Program-made: the position numbers and the translations under genes | Shown: positions 20,138 through 28,990 of the stretch, one piece after another | How positions within the stretch are numbered: position 1 is the first letter of the stretch | Layout of the letters: every line of letters starts with the position of its first letter | Assembly: GCA_037444445.1 (NCBI GenBank) | Contig: JBBIMK010000015.1 | Location: 18,363-50,362 of the forward strand | DNA length: 32,000 bases | DNA from: a bacterium | GTDB taxonomy: Bacteria; UBP7; UBA6624; JBBIMK01 | Direction: 5' to 3' | Notes under the pieces: generated by a model | Told to the model about the DNA's origin: nothing | The model's database searches: none | The model's input: the letters and a program-made list of their open reading frames with translations, nothing else

Positions 20138-20399
20138 CAATATCCCATTCTGATTGTCTACGGACAACTGGAAACTGGCTGTTCACTACCCCCGACTTGC
20201 AATTTGCAACACGCTCTTATCCGATAGTATCTTAATATCATGCCCTGCATCTCAAAGTACACCGGGAATGGGTCAGTGCAAGTGAATCCAGCGATGGTAA
20301 GGTGAACATGCAAGTGCAGACCCGCCTCTCAATCTCCTCAACCGGCACCCCTCCTCTCTTACTTAATAATTGGCGTCTCGCTCCTGACGGAAGGGAAGG

Positions 20400-20408
20400 T
20401 GTTATAAT
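20400..20408 (+). promoter_or_regulatory. Candidate extended -10 element (TGTTATAAT)
   Basis: TGnTATAAT occurs at 20400-20408 on the plus strand. No good -35 lies at 17 nt. The element ends only 9 nt before the GTG at 20418 that opens the proline-rich ORF. Confidence 0.3.
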
Positions 20409-20417
20409 ATATGTGTC

Positions 20418-21518
20418 GTGAACAGGAATAATTGGATAGGGTCTTTCGCGATTTTTATGATGTGGAACTTATTGGTAGTTTCTCCAGCATGGGGGTTTTC
20501 CATCACGGGAAAAGGAACCATCATCGCGAAATTGCTGGGTGTTCAATCTTCCTCGGATTTTGAATTCAAAGTTAACCTGAAGAATGGAGAAGCCGCAGAT
20601 ATCGTAACCTTCCTTATGGATAAGCGCAATCTCACCAAAACACCCGGGATGGAGAAAGTATTTCCTGCGTTCTTGCCGGATAAGGAAATCCTGAATTTTC
20701 TGTTGCAAATTGACCCGGTGAAACTGAAGGAAGAAAAGTTTCTGGAGAATGAAGTGCACCCCGGGTTACGGGTGAAAATACTGTGGAAGGAAGAGAAAGA
20801 AGGGAAAATTCTGACGGAGATTAGCGGAGAAGGGGTGGTTTCTCGGAAGTTGCCTCCGCCGAAAGTCTACTATGCCTCTTTTCTGACCCCCGCCCTTCCT
20901 GTTCGTTTTCAGGTGAGTGGAAATGCCACTTACACGGGAGATGGGACACTGGAGAGCGGAAGCCTGAAGATGAGCCTTGAAATACCGGAGGAGAGTAAAC
21001 TGACATCTCCTCCTGCAGTCTCATCGTCGGGAAATCCTCAACCCCCTGGCTTGCCCCCTGCTCCTCCACCTGGACAGCCAAAACAGCCTCCAGCCCCGGG
21101 AGAAAAAGCCGGGGGGCATTCTGAAGAACTCCGACGATTCTTTCCACCGGAGCCGTGGGCCTTTGTGCAGGATGAGAAACAACCCCCTCCGCCAGAGGAG
21201 CCGAAGCCACCTGAGGAACCCAAGCCCCCTCCGCCAGAACAACCCCCCCAGCCTCCACCCGTTCCACCTTCTCCACCGCCTCCTGCTCCACCCTCAGCGC
21301 CCCCTGCGCCTCCCGCGCCCGCCCAGTCACCCGGTCCTGCAGAGGTCAAAAATCCCTTCTCCCCCGGCTTCGGTTTCTCTTACAAATTCCAGGGTGAATA
21401 CTCCCTTTCCTTCCAGGACATCCCATTGCCTCCCCAGGAAGAAAAGAGCGCATCTACCAATGAAATACGAGTTCCAGAAGATAGAGAAAAAATGGCGGGA
21501 GAAGTGGGCAAAGGCTAA
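20418..21518 (+). CDS. Orphan secreted protein with an extreme proline-rich C-terminal half
   Basis: Signal-peptide-like N-terminus ([26 protein letters not shown]), a ~170-aa domain I do not recognise, then Pro-rich sequence from ~aa 198 to 307, then a 59-aa tail. I recognised no family. The call is supported only by ORF length and the signal peptide. The start is uncertain. Confidence 0.55.
   Translation: MNRNNWIGSFAIFMMWNLLVVSPAWGFSITGKGTIIAKLLGVQSSSDFEFKVNLKNGEAADIVTFLMDKRNLTKTPGMEKVFPAFLPDKEILNFLLQIDPVKLKEEKFLENEVHPGLRVKILWKEEKEGKILTEISGEGVVSRKLPPPKVYYASFLTPALPVRFQVSGNATYTGDGTLESGSLKMSLEIPEESKLTSPPAVSSSGNPQPPGLPPAPPPGQPKQPPAPGEKAGGHSEELRRFFPPEPWAFVQDEKQPPPPEEPKPPEEPKPPPPEQPPQPPPVPPSPPPPAPPSAPPAPPAPAQSPGPAEVKNPFSPGFGFSYKFQGEYSLSFQDIPLPPQEEKSASTNEIRVPEDREKMAGEVGKG
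21180..21338 (+). repeat. C-rich low-complexity tract encoding the PP/EP/KP-rich segment, with an imperfect 18-nt tandem unit
   Basis: It encodes [53 protein letters not shown], which by my count is 32 Pro in 53 residues. GAGGAGCCGAAGCCACCT and GAGGAACCCAAGCCCCCT lie in tandem (21196-21231). CCCCCTCCGCCAGA occurs at 21184 and again at 21225. Confidence 0.8.
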
Positions 21519-23901
21519 CACCTTTGCAACCAACCAGAAGCCCGAAGTTTCAAAAGCCTATGTGTTGGAGATGTTTCCCTATCCGTCAGGGAATATGCAT
21601 ATGGGACATGTTCGTAATTTCACCATTGGAGATGTGCTTGCCCGATATCTAAAAATGAAGGGATATTGTGTTCTTCATCCTTTCGGGTGGGACGCCTTTG
21701 GCTTACCCGCAGAAAATGCCGCCATCAAAAGCGGAGTTCACCCTGCGGCGTGGACCCGGGATAATATCCGAATGTTCCGAGAAAGTGCACAAAGGCTGGG
21801 CTGGAGTTATGACTGGAACCGAGAGCTGTCCACAGCCCATCCGGGGTATTACAAATGGACCCAGTGGATTTTCCTGAAGATGTTTGAGAAAGGATTGGCT
21901 TACCGAAAGAATGCGGCCGTGAACTGGTGCCCTCAGTGCGGAACGGTGTTAGCCAACGAGCAGGTGATAGACGGCGGGTGCTGGCGGTGTCAGAGCCCCG
22001 TGACCATCCGACAACTGGAGCAGTGGTTTCTCAAAATCACCGCTTATGCTGAAGAACTGCTGCGAGATATGGAAACTCTCACCGGCTGGCCCGAACGAGT
22101 GAAAATTATGCAAAAAAATTGGATTGGGAAAAGCGAAGGAGTAGAACTGGATTTTGAAATCATCAAACTCCATGAAAGAGTAAGTGTATTTACCACCCGT
22201 CCGGACACCATCTTCGGGGTCACTTATCTGGTGTTTTCTCCGGACCACCCCTGGGTAGACCTGATGGTCAAAGGAACCCAATATGAGGAGAAAATAGAGG
22301 AGTTCCGGGCTCGGCGTCCTTCTACTCGCGAAAATATGAAAGAGGGTATGTTCATCGGCGAGTATGCACGAAACCTCTTCAACAACGAGTGCATTCCTAT
22401 CTGGGTTGCCGATTATGTAGTGGCCGAATACGGCACGGGCGTAGTGATGGGGGTTCCCGCACATGACCAGCGGGATTTTGAGTTTGCCCTGGCTCACAAC
22501 CTCCCCATTCGCGTCGTCATTACACCCCGGGAAGAACTCCTGCAGCCTGAATGCATGACCCGGGCTTTCCTTGATGAAGGAGTGATGGTGAACTCCGGCG
22601 ATTTCACAAACATTCCCAGCCTGGAAGGAAAGGAAAGAGTAGCGGATTACGCTGAAGAAAAAGGCATCGGACGACGGAAAGTGAATTACCGTCTTCGGGA
22701 CTGGTTGATTTCCCGTCAGCGTTACTGGGGATGCCCTATTCCCATCCTGTATTGCCCCCATTGCGGCATCGTGCCGGTGCCTGAAGAAGACCTCCCCGTT
22801 CTCCTCCCGGAAAAAGTTCAAATCACAGGCGAAGGAAATCCTCTGGAAAAGGTTCCGGAATTCATTCATGCCTCTTGCCCGAAGTGCGGAGCCAGTGCTC
22901 GCAGGGAGACAGATACCTTAGACACCTTCGTGGATTCCTCCTGGTATTTCCTGCGATACGCCACAGGAAACCGGGACGATATGATTCTTTCACCGGAGGA
23001 TATGAAATACTGGCTTCCCGTAGACTGCTATATCGGAGGAATTGAACATGCGATTCTGCATCTGCTTTACTCACGATTCTTCACCAAATTTTTAGCAGAC
23101 ATCGGGCTGGTGCACATCCGAGAGCCTTTTCAGAACCTGCTAACCCAGGGTATGGTGACCCTTGGAGGGGCAGTTATGTCCAAATCCCGCGGCAATGTGG
23201 TCGAACCCGGAGAAACGATGGAAAAATATGGAGCGGATTCCCTTCGCTTGTTTGTCCTGTTCGCCGCTCCACCGGAGAAAGACCTGGAATGGTCTCACCG
23301 GGGTATAGAGGGTCTCCACCGTTTCCTTCACCGGCTGTGGCGGTTAGTGATAGACCACCGCAATTTATTTTTTGCGCCTCTGCCTCCGGAATCTGAGGAA
23401 GCCTATTCCATTCGTAAATACCTTCATAAAACTATCCAGGGTGTAACGGTGGATATTCGCGACCGCATGCACCTGAACACTGCCATCAGCAAGATGATGG
23501 AGCTGGTGAATTTCCTGACGGAGAAAGAAAGTGAACTAACAGTTAGGGTAGGGATTCATCAGGCTTATCGGGAGGCGCTGGACACTCTGATTCGTCTCCT
23601 GACTCCTTTCGCTCCTTTCATCAGCGAGGAGTTGTGGGAAATGACCGGTCACACCGGTTTCGTGAGCGAAGCGCCTTTCCCTGTGGTGGATGCTCGGTTT
23701 TTGAAGGAAGAAATGGTCACCTATGTGGTTCAAATCAATGGAAAGGTGCGGGACCAGTTCGGTGTTGAAGCCGGCCTGGACGAGGAACGTGTGAAAGAAA
23801 TCGCCCTTTCCCTTGAAAAGATTCAAAAATGGACCCGGGGGAAAACCATTGACCGGGTCCTGGTCATTCCGGATAAGATGGTCAGCATCGTTGTGAGGTG
23901 A
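21460..23901 (+). CDS. leuS: Leucine--tRNA ligase
   Basis: Canonical N-terminus [22 protein letters not shown] and [19 protein letters not shown] (HIGH-type). The CP1 editing region has zinc-type Cys pairs (WCPQCGT, CWRCQS; CPHCG, CPKCG), and VMSKSRGNV is the KMSKS motif. The 99 upstream in-frame codons in the track (21163-21459) are an artefact of the C-rich tract. Confidence 0.95.
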   Translation: MKYEFQKIEKKWREKWAKANTFATNQKPEVSKAYVLEMFPYPSGNMHMGHVRNFTIGDVLARYLKMKGYCVLHPFGWDAFGLPAENAAIKSGVHPAAWTRDNIRMFRESAQRLGWSYDWNRELSTAHPGYYKWTQWIFLKMFEKGLAYRKNAAVNWCPQCGTVLANEQVIDGGCWRCQSPVTIRQLEQWFLKITAYAEELLRDMETLTGWPERVKIMQKNWIGKSEGVELDFEIIKLHERVSVFTTRPDTIFGVTYLVFSPDHPWVDLMVKGTQYEEKIEEFRARRPSTRENMKEGMFIGEYARNLFNNECIPIWVADYVVAEYGTGVVMGVPAHDQRDFEFALAHNLPIRVVITPREELLQPECMTRAFLDEGVMVNSGDFTNIPSLEGKERVADYAEEKGIGRRKVNYRLRDWLISRQRYWGCPIPILYCPHCGIVPVPEEDLPVLLPEKVQITGEGNPLEKVPEFIHASCPKCGASARRETDTLDTFVDSSWYFLRYATGNRDDMILSPEDMKYWLPVDCYIGGIEHAILHLLYSRFFTKFLADIGLVHIREPFQNLLTQGMVTLGGAVMSKSRGNVVEPGETMEKYGADSLRLFVLFAAPPEKDLEWSHRGIEGLHRFLHRLWRLVIDHRNLFFAPLPPESEEAYSIRKYLHKTIQGVTVDIRDRMHLNTAISKMMELVNFLTEKESELTVRVGIHQAYREALDTLIRLLTPFAPFISEELWEMTGHTGFVSEAPFPVVDARFLKEEMVTYVVQINGKVRDQFGVEAGLDEERVKEIALSLEKIQKWTRGKTIDRVLVIPDKMVSIVVR

Positions 23902-23906
23902 GAAAG

Positions 23907-24461
23907 ATGAACTGGAGAACAGGAGTGGCAATGCTTTTGATTTTTTTCGCCGGGCTGGTGGGCGGGTATTTCCTTCACGGCTGGACAGGCTCTTTTTCTT
24001 CATCCCGAAACCGTATTAGCGTATCCGTTTCCGGCGCCGTGGAGCATCCTGGCATCTTTCATCTTCCCGCCGGTAGCCGGGTGCTGGATGCGGTTCAGAA
24101 AGCTGGAGGCTACCGCATTGATGCCGATGTGGAAGCGGTAAATCCAACAGACCCACTGGTAGACGGGCAGAATCTCTTCATCCCCACCAAACAGCCCGGA
24201 ACTTCCCGCTCCGCACTGGATTCTTTAATTTCTCAGAGCCAGCCTCAACCCGCAGGGAGCACTTCCGGCCTCATCAATATCAACACCGCCTCCCAGTCGG
24301 AATTGGAAAAACTGCCCGGCATAGGTCCCACGAAGGCCCGTGCTATCATTGAATACCGGGAAAAAAATGGAAAATTCAGCAGGATTGAAGATATAAAAAA
24401 TGTAAAGGGAATCGGGCAGAAAACCTTTGAAAAACTCAAGAACCTTATCACGGTGGATTAA
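23907..24461 (+). CDS. comEA: ComEA-family DNA-binding protein (SLBB-like domain plus helix-hairpin-helix)
   Basis: N-terminal TM helix (VAMLLIFFAGLVGGYFL). GAVEHPGIFHLPAGSRVLDAVQKAGG is SLBB-like. The C-terminal ININTASQSELEKLPGIGPTKARAIIEYREKNGKFSRIEDIKNVKGIGQKTFEKL is a tandem HhH. ATG 23907 has GAGGTG 6 nt upstream. Confidence 0.88.
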   Translation: MNWRTGVAMLLIFFAGLVGGYFLHGWTGSFSSSRNRISVSVSGAVEHPGIFHLPAGSRVLDAVQKAGGYRIDADVEAVNPTDPLVDGQNLFIPTKQPGTSRSALDSLISQSQPQPAGSTSGLININTASQSELEKLPGIGPTKARAIIEYREKNGKFSRIEDIKNVKGIGQKTFEKLKNLITVD

Positions 24462-26907
24462 ACACTTTATTTCGGTCGGGCTATTCCTTCTTCTCATTCA
24501 CTCAAAAGGAATTGCCCTATCTCTCTTTACCCTTGAAAATGGAATCACCGTAGAGGTGTTACCTACTTCCTCACAGTGGGTGGGCATAGGAGTTTTTGTC
24601 GTTCATGGAGGCAGTGCATACGAAGGAGAATGGGCAGGTTCGGGTATCGCTTCTGCGGTTCGCCAACTCATTGCCCAGAACCTTCAATCTTCTCTCCAAT
24701 CCGGCGAATTCTCCTCCCACACCAACCGGGAGTTTTCCTTCTTCTTTCACCTCTCTCCTTCCGAGGAGTTAGAAAATCGCCTGCAAATCATCGCCAATTC
24801 CATTTTTCATCCTTCTTTTCCAACCCCGGATTCCCTATCTAAAATCCTGCTTCCTCAGGCCAATACCTCAACGGAATCCTTCCTGATGGACAGGTTCTAC
24901 GAAAAAGCCTACAGAGAGCATCCTCTGAGATTCCCAATAGAAGGATATGCAGATTTAAGAAAGCAGTTGAAGATAGAGGACATAAAAACCTATCATCAAC
25001 AGCATTATCTTCCCCAGAACTTGCTCATACTCCTGGTCGGAAAACTTCAAAAAGATAAAGCGGAGGAACTGCTCAAAAAAACATTGGAGTTCTTCCCTCG
25101 GGTGTTGACAGCCCCTACTGCTTTTCCCGAAGAACCTCACACCATAGGACCTCAGGTTTTTTTGTTTTCTGAAAAGGCACTGACTTCCGGCTATCTACTG
25201 ACAGGATTTGCTTATCGTCGGCAGGACCCCGATGATGAAAAGATGTCCGAAATCCTTGGAAGCGTGCTGGAAGAGCGATTGCAGGCAGAGTTGATCCAGA
25301 GGCTGGCTCTGGTGGATTTCGTTCAAGTGGAATACCCGCCATTGCCTTACCCGGAGTCCGCGATGATGATTCTTGCTCGGTTTCCACCCCAGAACCTGAA
25401 AGCGGTTCAGTCTCAAATTCATGCGGAAATCCAGCAGATTCAGGAGGAAAATCTACCGCAAGAATCTCTCAACACCCTGGCCAAAAAATTCTCACTGGAA
25501 TCTATGAAAAAGCAGGTAACTCTTCAAGGACTGGTCAACGCCCGGGGGCTGGAAATTCTTCATCAGGGTCAGCCGGATGAATTCACGCACCTGCTTTCCT
25601 TTCTGGCTGACCTTTCCCCATCTGACCTTCGTGAAAAGGCATCCGTCATCTGGAGCCCACGAAGGCGGACAGAAATCATCCTCCTGCCCGAAGGAACCGC
25701 CCTGCCTGAAGTTACCCTCCCCTCTGCCCGCCAGCCCTTCTTCCTGAAACACACCCTCAAAAGTGGAACCCGCATAGCGATGGAAGTTCAGGAGGACCAG
25801 CGGGTGGTGGAAATCCGGCTGGCAGTTCCCTTCTATCAGCCCCCTTCCAGAAAATCACTCCTGATGGCAAAAGTATCCTCAGAAATGCTAACCAGCCAGA
25901 TTCTCTCCTCTTTTCCGTTTATCACCGACATCAACTCTTTTCAGGATGACCTCTCCTGGGGTGTTCGCCTCCAAACTCTGGGGGAAGATTTCCCCCAGGC
26001 ACTGGAAGCCCTATGGGCAGGAATCTCTAACACCGCCTTCCTGCCCGATATTTTTGAAAAGATGAAGCGAAAAGTAATCTCCAGCGAAAATCCCTATCAG
26101 AAAGCACTGGACAGAGCCCGGGAATACCTCTTTCTGCCTCCATCTCACTCCGGGGTAAACCCACTCGCCGAAACAATTTCCGATGTTACTCGGGGGGAAA
26201 TCTTAACCTTCTTTCGCGATAACCTCGTGCCAGAAAATATTCTGCTGGGTTGTGTGGGAGGCATTGACCCGGAAATCGCCCTGAGCCAGATGGAGAAAAT
26301 CCTGGAGCACGCAGGTAGACGCCCTCCCCGGGCCTTCGTGGAATATCCTGCTATTCAAGAAAATCTCCCTGCAGAACTCCACTGGAGCAATTCGGAAGGC
26401 GAGTTAATTCTGGCATTTCCTGCTCCCGTCCTTTCTTCTTCTGACCGCTATCCTGCGGAAACTCTGTTAAAAATTCTATCTGCTCGTATCGCCAATCTCC
26501 TTGCCAAAAATCCAGCCTTACAAAAGCAAGTAACTAATGTTAACCTTTCCTATTCTCCGGGGTATATGACGCTCACTGTACGAGCAGAAGAGGGCTCTGC
26601 ACTGACCAAGAACCTGAGTGAAGTGGAGAAACTTTTTTGGCAGGAAATAGAAAAAATAAAGGGGGGCCAACTTTCTGACGCAGAGGTCCGTTCCGCCACG
26701 CAAACCCTCTGGAACGATAGAGAAATTCTACGCCAATCGTTGAAAGAAGAAGCAAAATTTTTACTGGAAGATGTCCTGATAGGAGTAGAAAATATACTCA
26801 TTTACTCACAAAAACTTTCTGCAGTAACCTCTGCCGATGTGGCCCGTGTAGCCCGGGATTATCTTACCTCAAGGTATCTTCGCGTATGGACAGGAGTAAA
26901 CCTGTGA
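24427..26907 (+). CDS. Two-module M16 (pitrilysin/insulinase)-like protein lacking the HxxEH zinc motif; probable non-catalytic homologue
   Basis: 826 aa with a signal/anchor-like N-terminus (FISVGLFLLLIHS). M16-like landmarks are FTLENGITV, HGGSAYE, the YHQQHYLPQNLLILLVG block, and a second module with FFRDNLVPENILLGCVGG. No HxxEH occurs anywhere. The expected position reads GSGIASAVRQLI. TTG is the only available start (24427) and overlaps comEA by 35 nt. Confidence 0.7.
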   Translation: MKNSRTLSRWIKHFISVGLFLLLIHSKGIALSLFTLENGITVEVLPTSSQWVGIGVFVVHGGSAYEGEWAGSGIASAVRQLIAQNLQSSLQSGEFSSHTNREFSFFFHLSPSEELENRLQIIANSIFHPSFPTPDSLSKILLPQANTSTESFLMDRFYEKAYREHPLRFPIEGYADLRKQLKIEDIKTYHQQHYLPQNLLILLVGKLQKDKAEELLKKTLEFFPRVLTAPTAFPEEPHTIGPQVFLFSEKALTSGYLLTGFAYRRQDPDDEKMSEILGSVLEERLQAELIQRLALVDFVQVEYPPLPYPESAMMILARFPPQNLKAVQSQIHAEIQQIQEENLPQESLNTLAKKFSLESMKKQVTLQGLVNARGLEILHQGQPDEFTHLLSFLADLSPSDLREKASVIWSPRRRTEIILLPEGTALPEVTLPSARQPFFLKHTLKSGTRIAMEVQEDQRVVEIRLAVPFYQPPSRKSLLMAKVSSEMLTSQILSSFPFITDINSFQDDLSWGVRLQTLGEDFPQALEALWAGISNTAFLPDIFEKMKRKVISSENPYQKALDRAREYLFLPPSHSGVNPLAETISDVTRGEILTFFRDNLVPENILLGCVGGIDPEIALSQMEKILEHAGRRPPRAFVEYPAIQENLPAELHWSNSEGELILAFPAPVLSSSDRYPAETLLKILSARIANLLAKNPALQKQVTNVNLSYSPGYMTLTVRAEEGSALTKNLSEVEKLFWQEIEKIKGGQLSDAEVRSATQTLWNDREILRQSLKEEAKFLLEDVLIGVENILIYSQKLSAVTSADVARVARDYLTSRYLRVWTGVNL

Positions 26908-27914
26908 AAAACCCAATGGAATTCTGGGTGAAAGAATTTCCCCATTTCCTGCACCATGGATTTTTGGGGAGCAAGGGACGAATTCCCTCCTTTCGGAGCA
27001 AGCATCGCCCCGAGGTCGTTTTCTGCGGGATGGGCGGGTCCGCAATAGGAGGCATGCTCATAAAGAATTTTTTTCCGGACCTACCCTGCCCCATCCGAGT
27101 TCACATGTCCGATGGACTGCCCCCTAACTTACCCAAAAATGCTTACATCGTCGTGGTGAGTTATTCCGGCAACACGGAAGAAGCCCTCTCTTCCTTTCGT
27201 GCTATGCAGGAGCAAAGGCGAAATGGCATCGTGATTACCTCCGGTGGGCAGTTACTCAAAGACATAAAGGAAAATAACACTCCCTGGCTACCTCTCCCCT
27301 CTGACCTTCCACCCCGCGTCGCCCTTCCTTTCATCCTTTCAGCAGAATTGATGCTCCTTGAGCAATTGACTGGCAAATCTCTGAAAGCCAGCACTCTCCA
27401 GGCCGCAGGCTTTCTTCAAAAACATCAAAAAAAATTACGAGAAAAAGCGGAACGAGTTGCCCGTTTCATCCATCAGCATCCCGGAACGATTCTCATCTGG
27501 GGGATTCAAGGTGTTTCTGATGCTATCGCCTACCGCTGGCGAACTCAACTGAATGAAAACGCCAAACAATTTGCTTCCAGCCACAACTTCCCGGAACTCA
27601 CCCACAATGAAATAGTGCCTCTTTCCGCTGCCACCCATCCTTTCACCATTCTCACCCTGGAAACCGATTTTGACGGCATCAGAAATGTTCTCCGCAGAAA
27701 GAACGTCCTGAAACTTCTGGGTGCCTCATCCGCTACCTCCTCTCTCCTTCGGCACACACCTGTGGAGGCGTCAGGAAAAACTCGTCTCGCCCAGCTACTT
27801 TCCCTTCTCTGGATGGGCGATTGGACCAGCCTTCATCTGGCAAAACTTTTGAATATCAATCCCCTGCCCATCTCGGTCATAGAAAAACTCAAAGAGAGAA
27901 TGAAACAGCTATGA
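26886..27914 (+). CDS. Bifunctional phosphoglucose/phosphomannose isomerase family protein (SIS domain, archaeal-type PGI/PMI)
   Basis: SIS-type motifs VVFCGMGGSAIGG and VVVSYSGNTEE. The C-terminal half has QLNENAKQFASSHNFPELTHNEIV, typical of the PGI/PMI family. An alternative start is ATG 26916, just after the upstream stop. Confidence 0.8.
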   Translation: MDRSKPVKNPMEFWVKEFPHFLHHGFLGSKGRIPSFRSKHRPEVVFCGMGGSAIGGMLIKNFFPDLPCPIRVHMSDGLPPNLPKNAYIVVVSYSGNTEEALSSFRAMQEQRRNGIVITSGGQLLKDIKENNTPWLPLPSDLPPRVALPFILSAELMLLEQLTGKSLKASTLQAAGFLQKHQKKLREKAERVARFIHQHPGTILIWGIQGVSDAIAYRWRTQLNENAKQFASSHNFPELTHNEIVPLSAATHPFTILTLETDFDGIRNVLRRKNVLKLLGASSATSSLLRHTPVEASGKTRLAQLLSLLWMGDWTSLHLAKLLNINPLPISVIEKLKERMKQL

Positions 27915-28003
27915 GTTTGCCCAACGGGTGGGAAGTCGCTCTTATGATTTTTCTCGGCATCCTCTACTACTTCATCCGTCGCCTCCGGAGTGGCACTCTA
28001 TAA
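27911..28003 (+). CDS. Candidate 30-aa single-pass membrane micropeptide
   Basis: ATG 27911 overlaps the PGI/PMI TGA (27912-27914) as ATGA. The product MSLPNGWEVALMIFLGILYYFIRRLRSGTL has one hydrophobic helix followed by RRLR. I recognised no homology. The call rests on the coupling geometry and the TM-like composition only. Confidence 0.35.
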   Translation: MSLPNGWEVALMIFLGILYYFIRRLRSGTL

Positions 28004-28253
28004 TCACTTTACTGGAATGAACGCTTACTATAAAAACTGTGTTCATAATTTCACACACCCGGGCTTTCACAGAGGTCATCCCACACCTCGTTCAGTGGCA
28101 GGGTTCCAATGGTCAGCGAATGATTATCCGTTTCACGGCAAATAGGTTTCAAAAGAAGCGCCAGGAGTTGTGTCTGTCGCGCGCCTTCAAGGAACAAACG
28201 GTATGAAATTTTTATTGGTTTTCATTTTTCTTGATAAAATAGAAAGGTGAGTC

Positions 28254-28976
28254 ATGCGATTTGGAGTGATAGTTTTTCCGGGTTCCAACTGTGACCGGGA
28301 CTGTTACGATGTTCTTCGTAATGTGGTGAGAGTGGAAACGGAGTTTATCTGGCACGAAAAAACTGACCTGTCCCGGTTCGATGCGATTGTCCTGCCGGGT
28401 GGGTTTTCGTATGGAGATTATCTGCGAGCGGGAGCCATTGCCCGATTCTCCCCGGTGATGCAATCTCTGCCCGAATTTATCCGGGAAGGACGGCTGGTTA
28501 TCGGCATCTGCAACGGATTTCAAAGCCTTCTGGAGGCAGGGATATTGCCCGGTGCTATGCTGAAGAATGCTTCCCGCCAGTTTATCTGTGATTGGGTTCA
28601 CCTTCGGGTGGAAAATAATGAAACACCCTTTACACGGTTGTATCGCAAAGGGGAAGTGATTCGCATTCCCATCGCGCATTCGGACGGAAACTATTACGCG
28701 GATGCCAGAACGCTGGCCTATCTGCAGAAGACAAACCGCGTGATTTTCCGATACTGTGACGAACAGGGGCGTCCGACGGAAGAAGCCAACCCCAATGGCT
28801 CCATACAAAATATCGCCGGAATTATCAGTGAAACAGGAAATGTGCTGGGGATGATGCCACATCCTGAGCGAGCATCGGAAGCAATTTTAGGAAGTGAAGA
28901 TGGCAAACGCATTTTTCTTTCCATGGTGAAATCGGTTCGCGAGAAACTTTCAAGAGTTGGGGGATTCACCCATTAA
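28254..28976 (+). CDS. purQ: Phosphoribosylformylglycinamidine synthase subunit PurQ (glutaminase)
   Basis: [35 protein letters not shown] (nucleophile Cys), [14 protein letters not shown] lies just upstream of the ATG. Confidence 0.93.
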   Translation: MRFGVIVFPGSNCDRDCYDVLRNVVRVETEFIWHEKTDLSRFDAIVLPGGFSYGDYLRAGAIARFSPVMQSLPEFIREGRLVIGICNGFQSLLEAGILPGAMLKNASRQFICDWVHLRVENNETPFTRLYRKGEVIRIPIAHSDGNYYADARTLAYLQKTNRVIFRYCDEQGRPTEEANPNGSIQNIAGIISETGNVLGMMPHPERASEAILGSEDGKRIFLSMVKSVREKLSRVGGFTH

Positions 28977-28990
28977 AGGGGGAAGTAAAA

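Noticed and set aside
20307-20420. 37-codon ATG ORF ([37 protein letters not shown]) in the rpsT / proline-rich gene spacer.
   Set aside because: The SD-like AAGGTGA is only 2 nt from the ATG, the product is not peptide-like in any recognisable way, and the ORF runs through the candidate -10 element. There is no support beyond being open.
20821-21459. Three minus-strand ORFs (20821-21330, 21021-21242, 21038-21349; Gly/Arg/Trp-rich) and the 99-codon 5' extension of the leuS frame (21163-21459).
   Set aside because: All lie over the C-rich proline-coding tract. That tract is nearly stop-free in several frames on both strands purely because of its composition. The canonical LeuS N-terminus begins at ATG 21460.
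20418-21518. Calling the proline-rich protein TonB because of its EP/KP-rich spacer.
   Set aside because: TonB has an N-terminal signal anchor immediately followed by the Pro-rich spacer and then a ~90-aa C-terminal domain. This protein has a ~170-aa globular-looking region before the spacer and only a 59-aa tail with no TonB C-terminal motifs that I can see.
21949-22869. 306-aa antisense ORF inside leuS. Similar long antisense ORFs occur at 30193-30963 (256 aa, opposite the peptidase), 28212-28862 (216 aa, opposite purQ), 5087-5542 (opposite pncB) and 23536-24003 (opposite the leuS 3' end).
   Set aside because: I checked the phase. Each of these is exactly codon-aligned with the sense gene. 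An antisense stop therefore appears only where the sense gene uses TTA, CTA or TCA, codons that are evidently rare here. The translated products are low-complexity with no recognisable motifs, and the sense genes are unambiguous. They are shadow ORFs, not overlapping genes.
28004-28253. ZTP (pfl) or purine riboswitch upstream of purQ.
   Set aside because: I looked for the conserved cores (the ZTP ..ACCGGG.. / ..CCGCCUGGGC.. pseudoknot halves, and the purine-riboswitch UAUA..GGAUAUGG..CCGGGCACCGUAAAUGUCCGACUA-type junction). I found only a loose GCGCCAGGAG. Not callable by eye, so it is left as a check in the findings.
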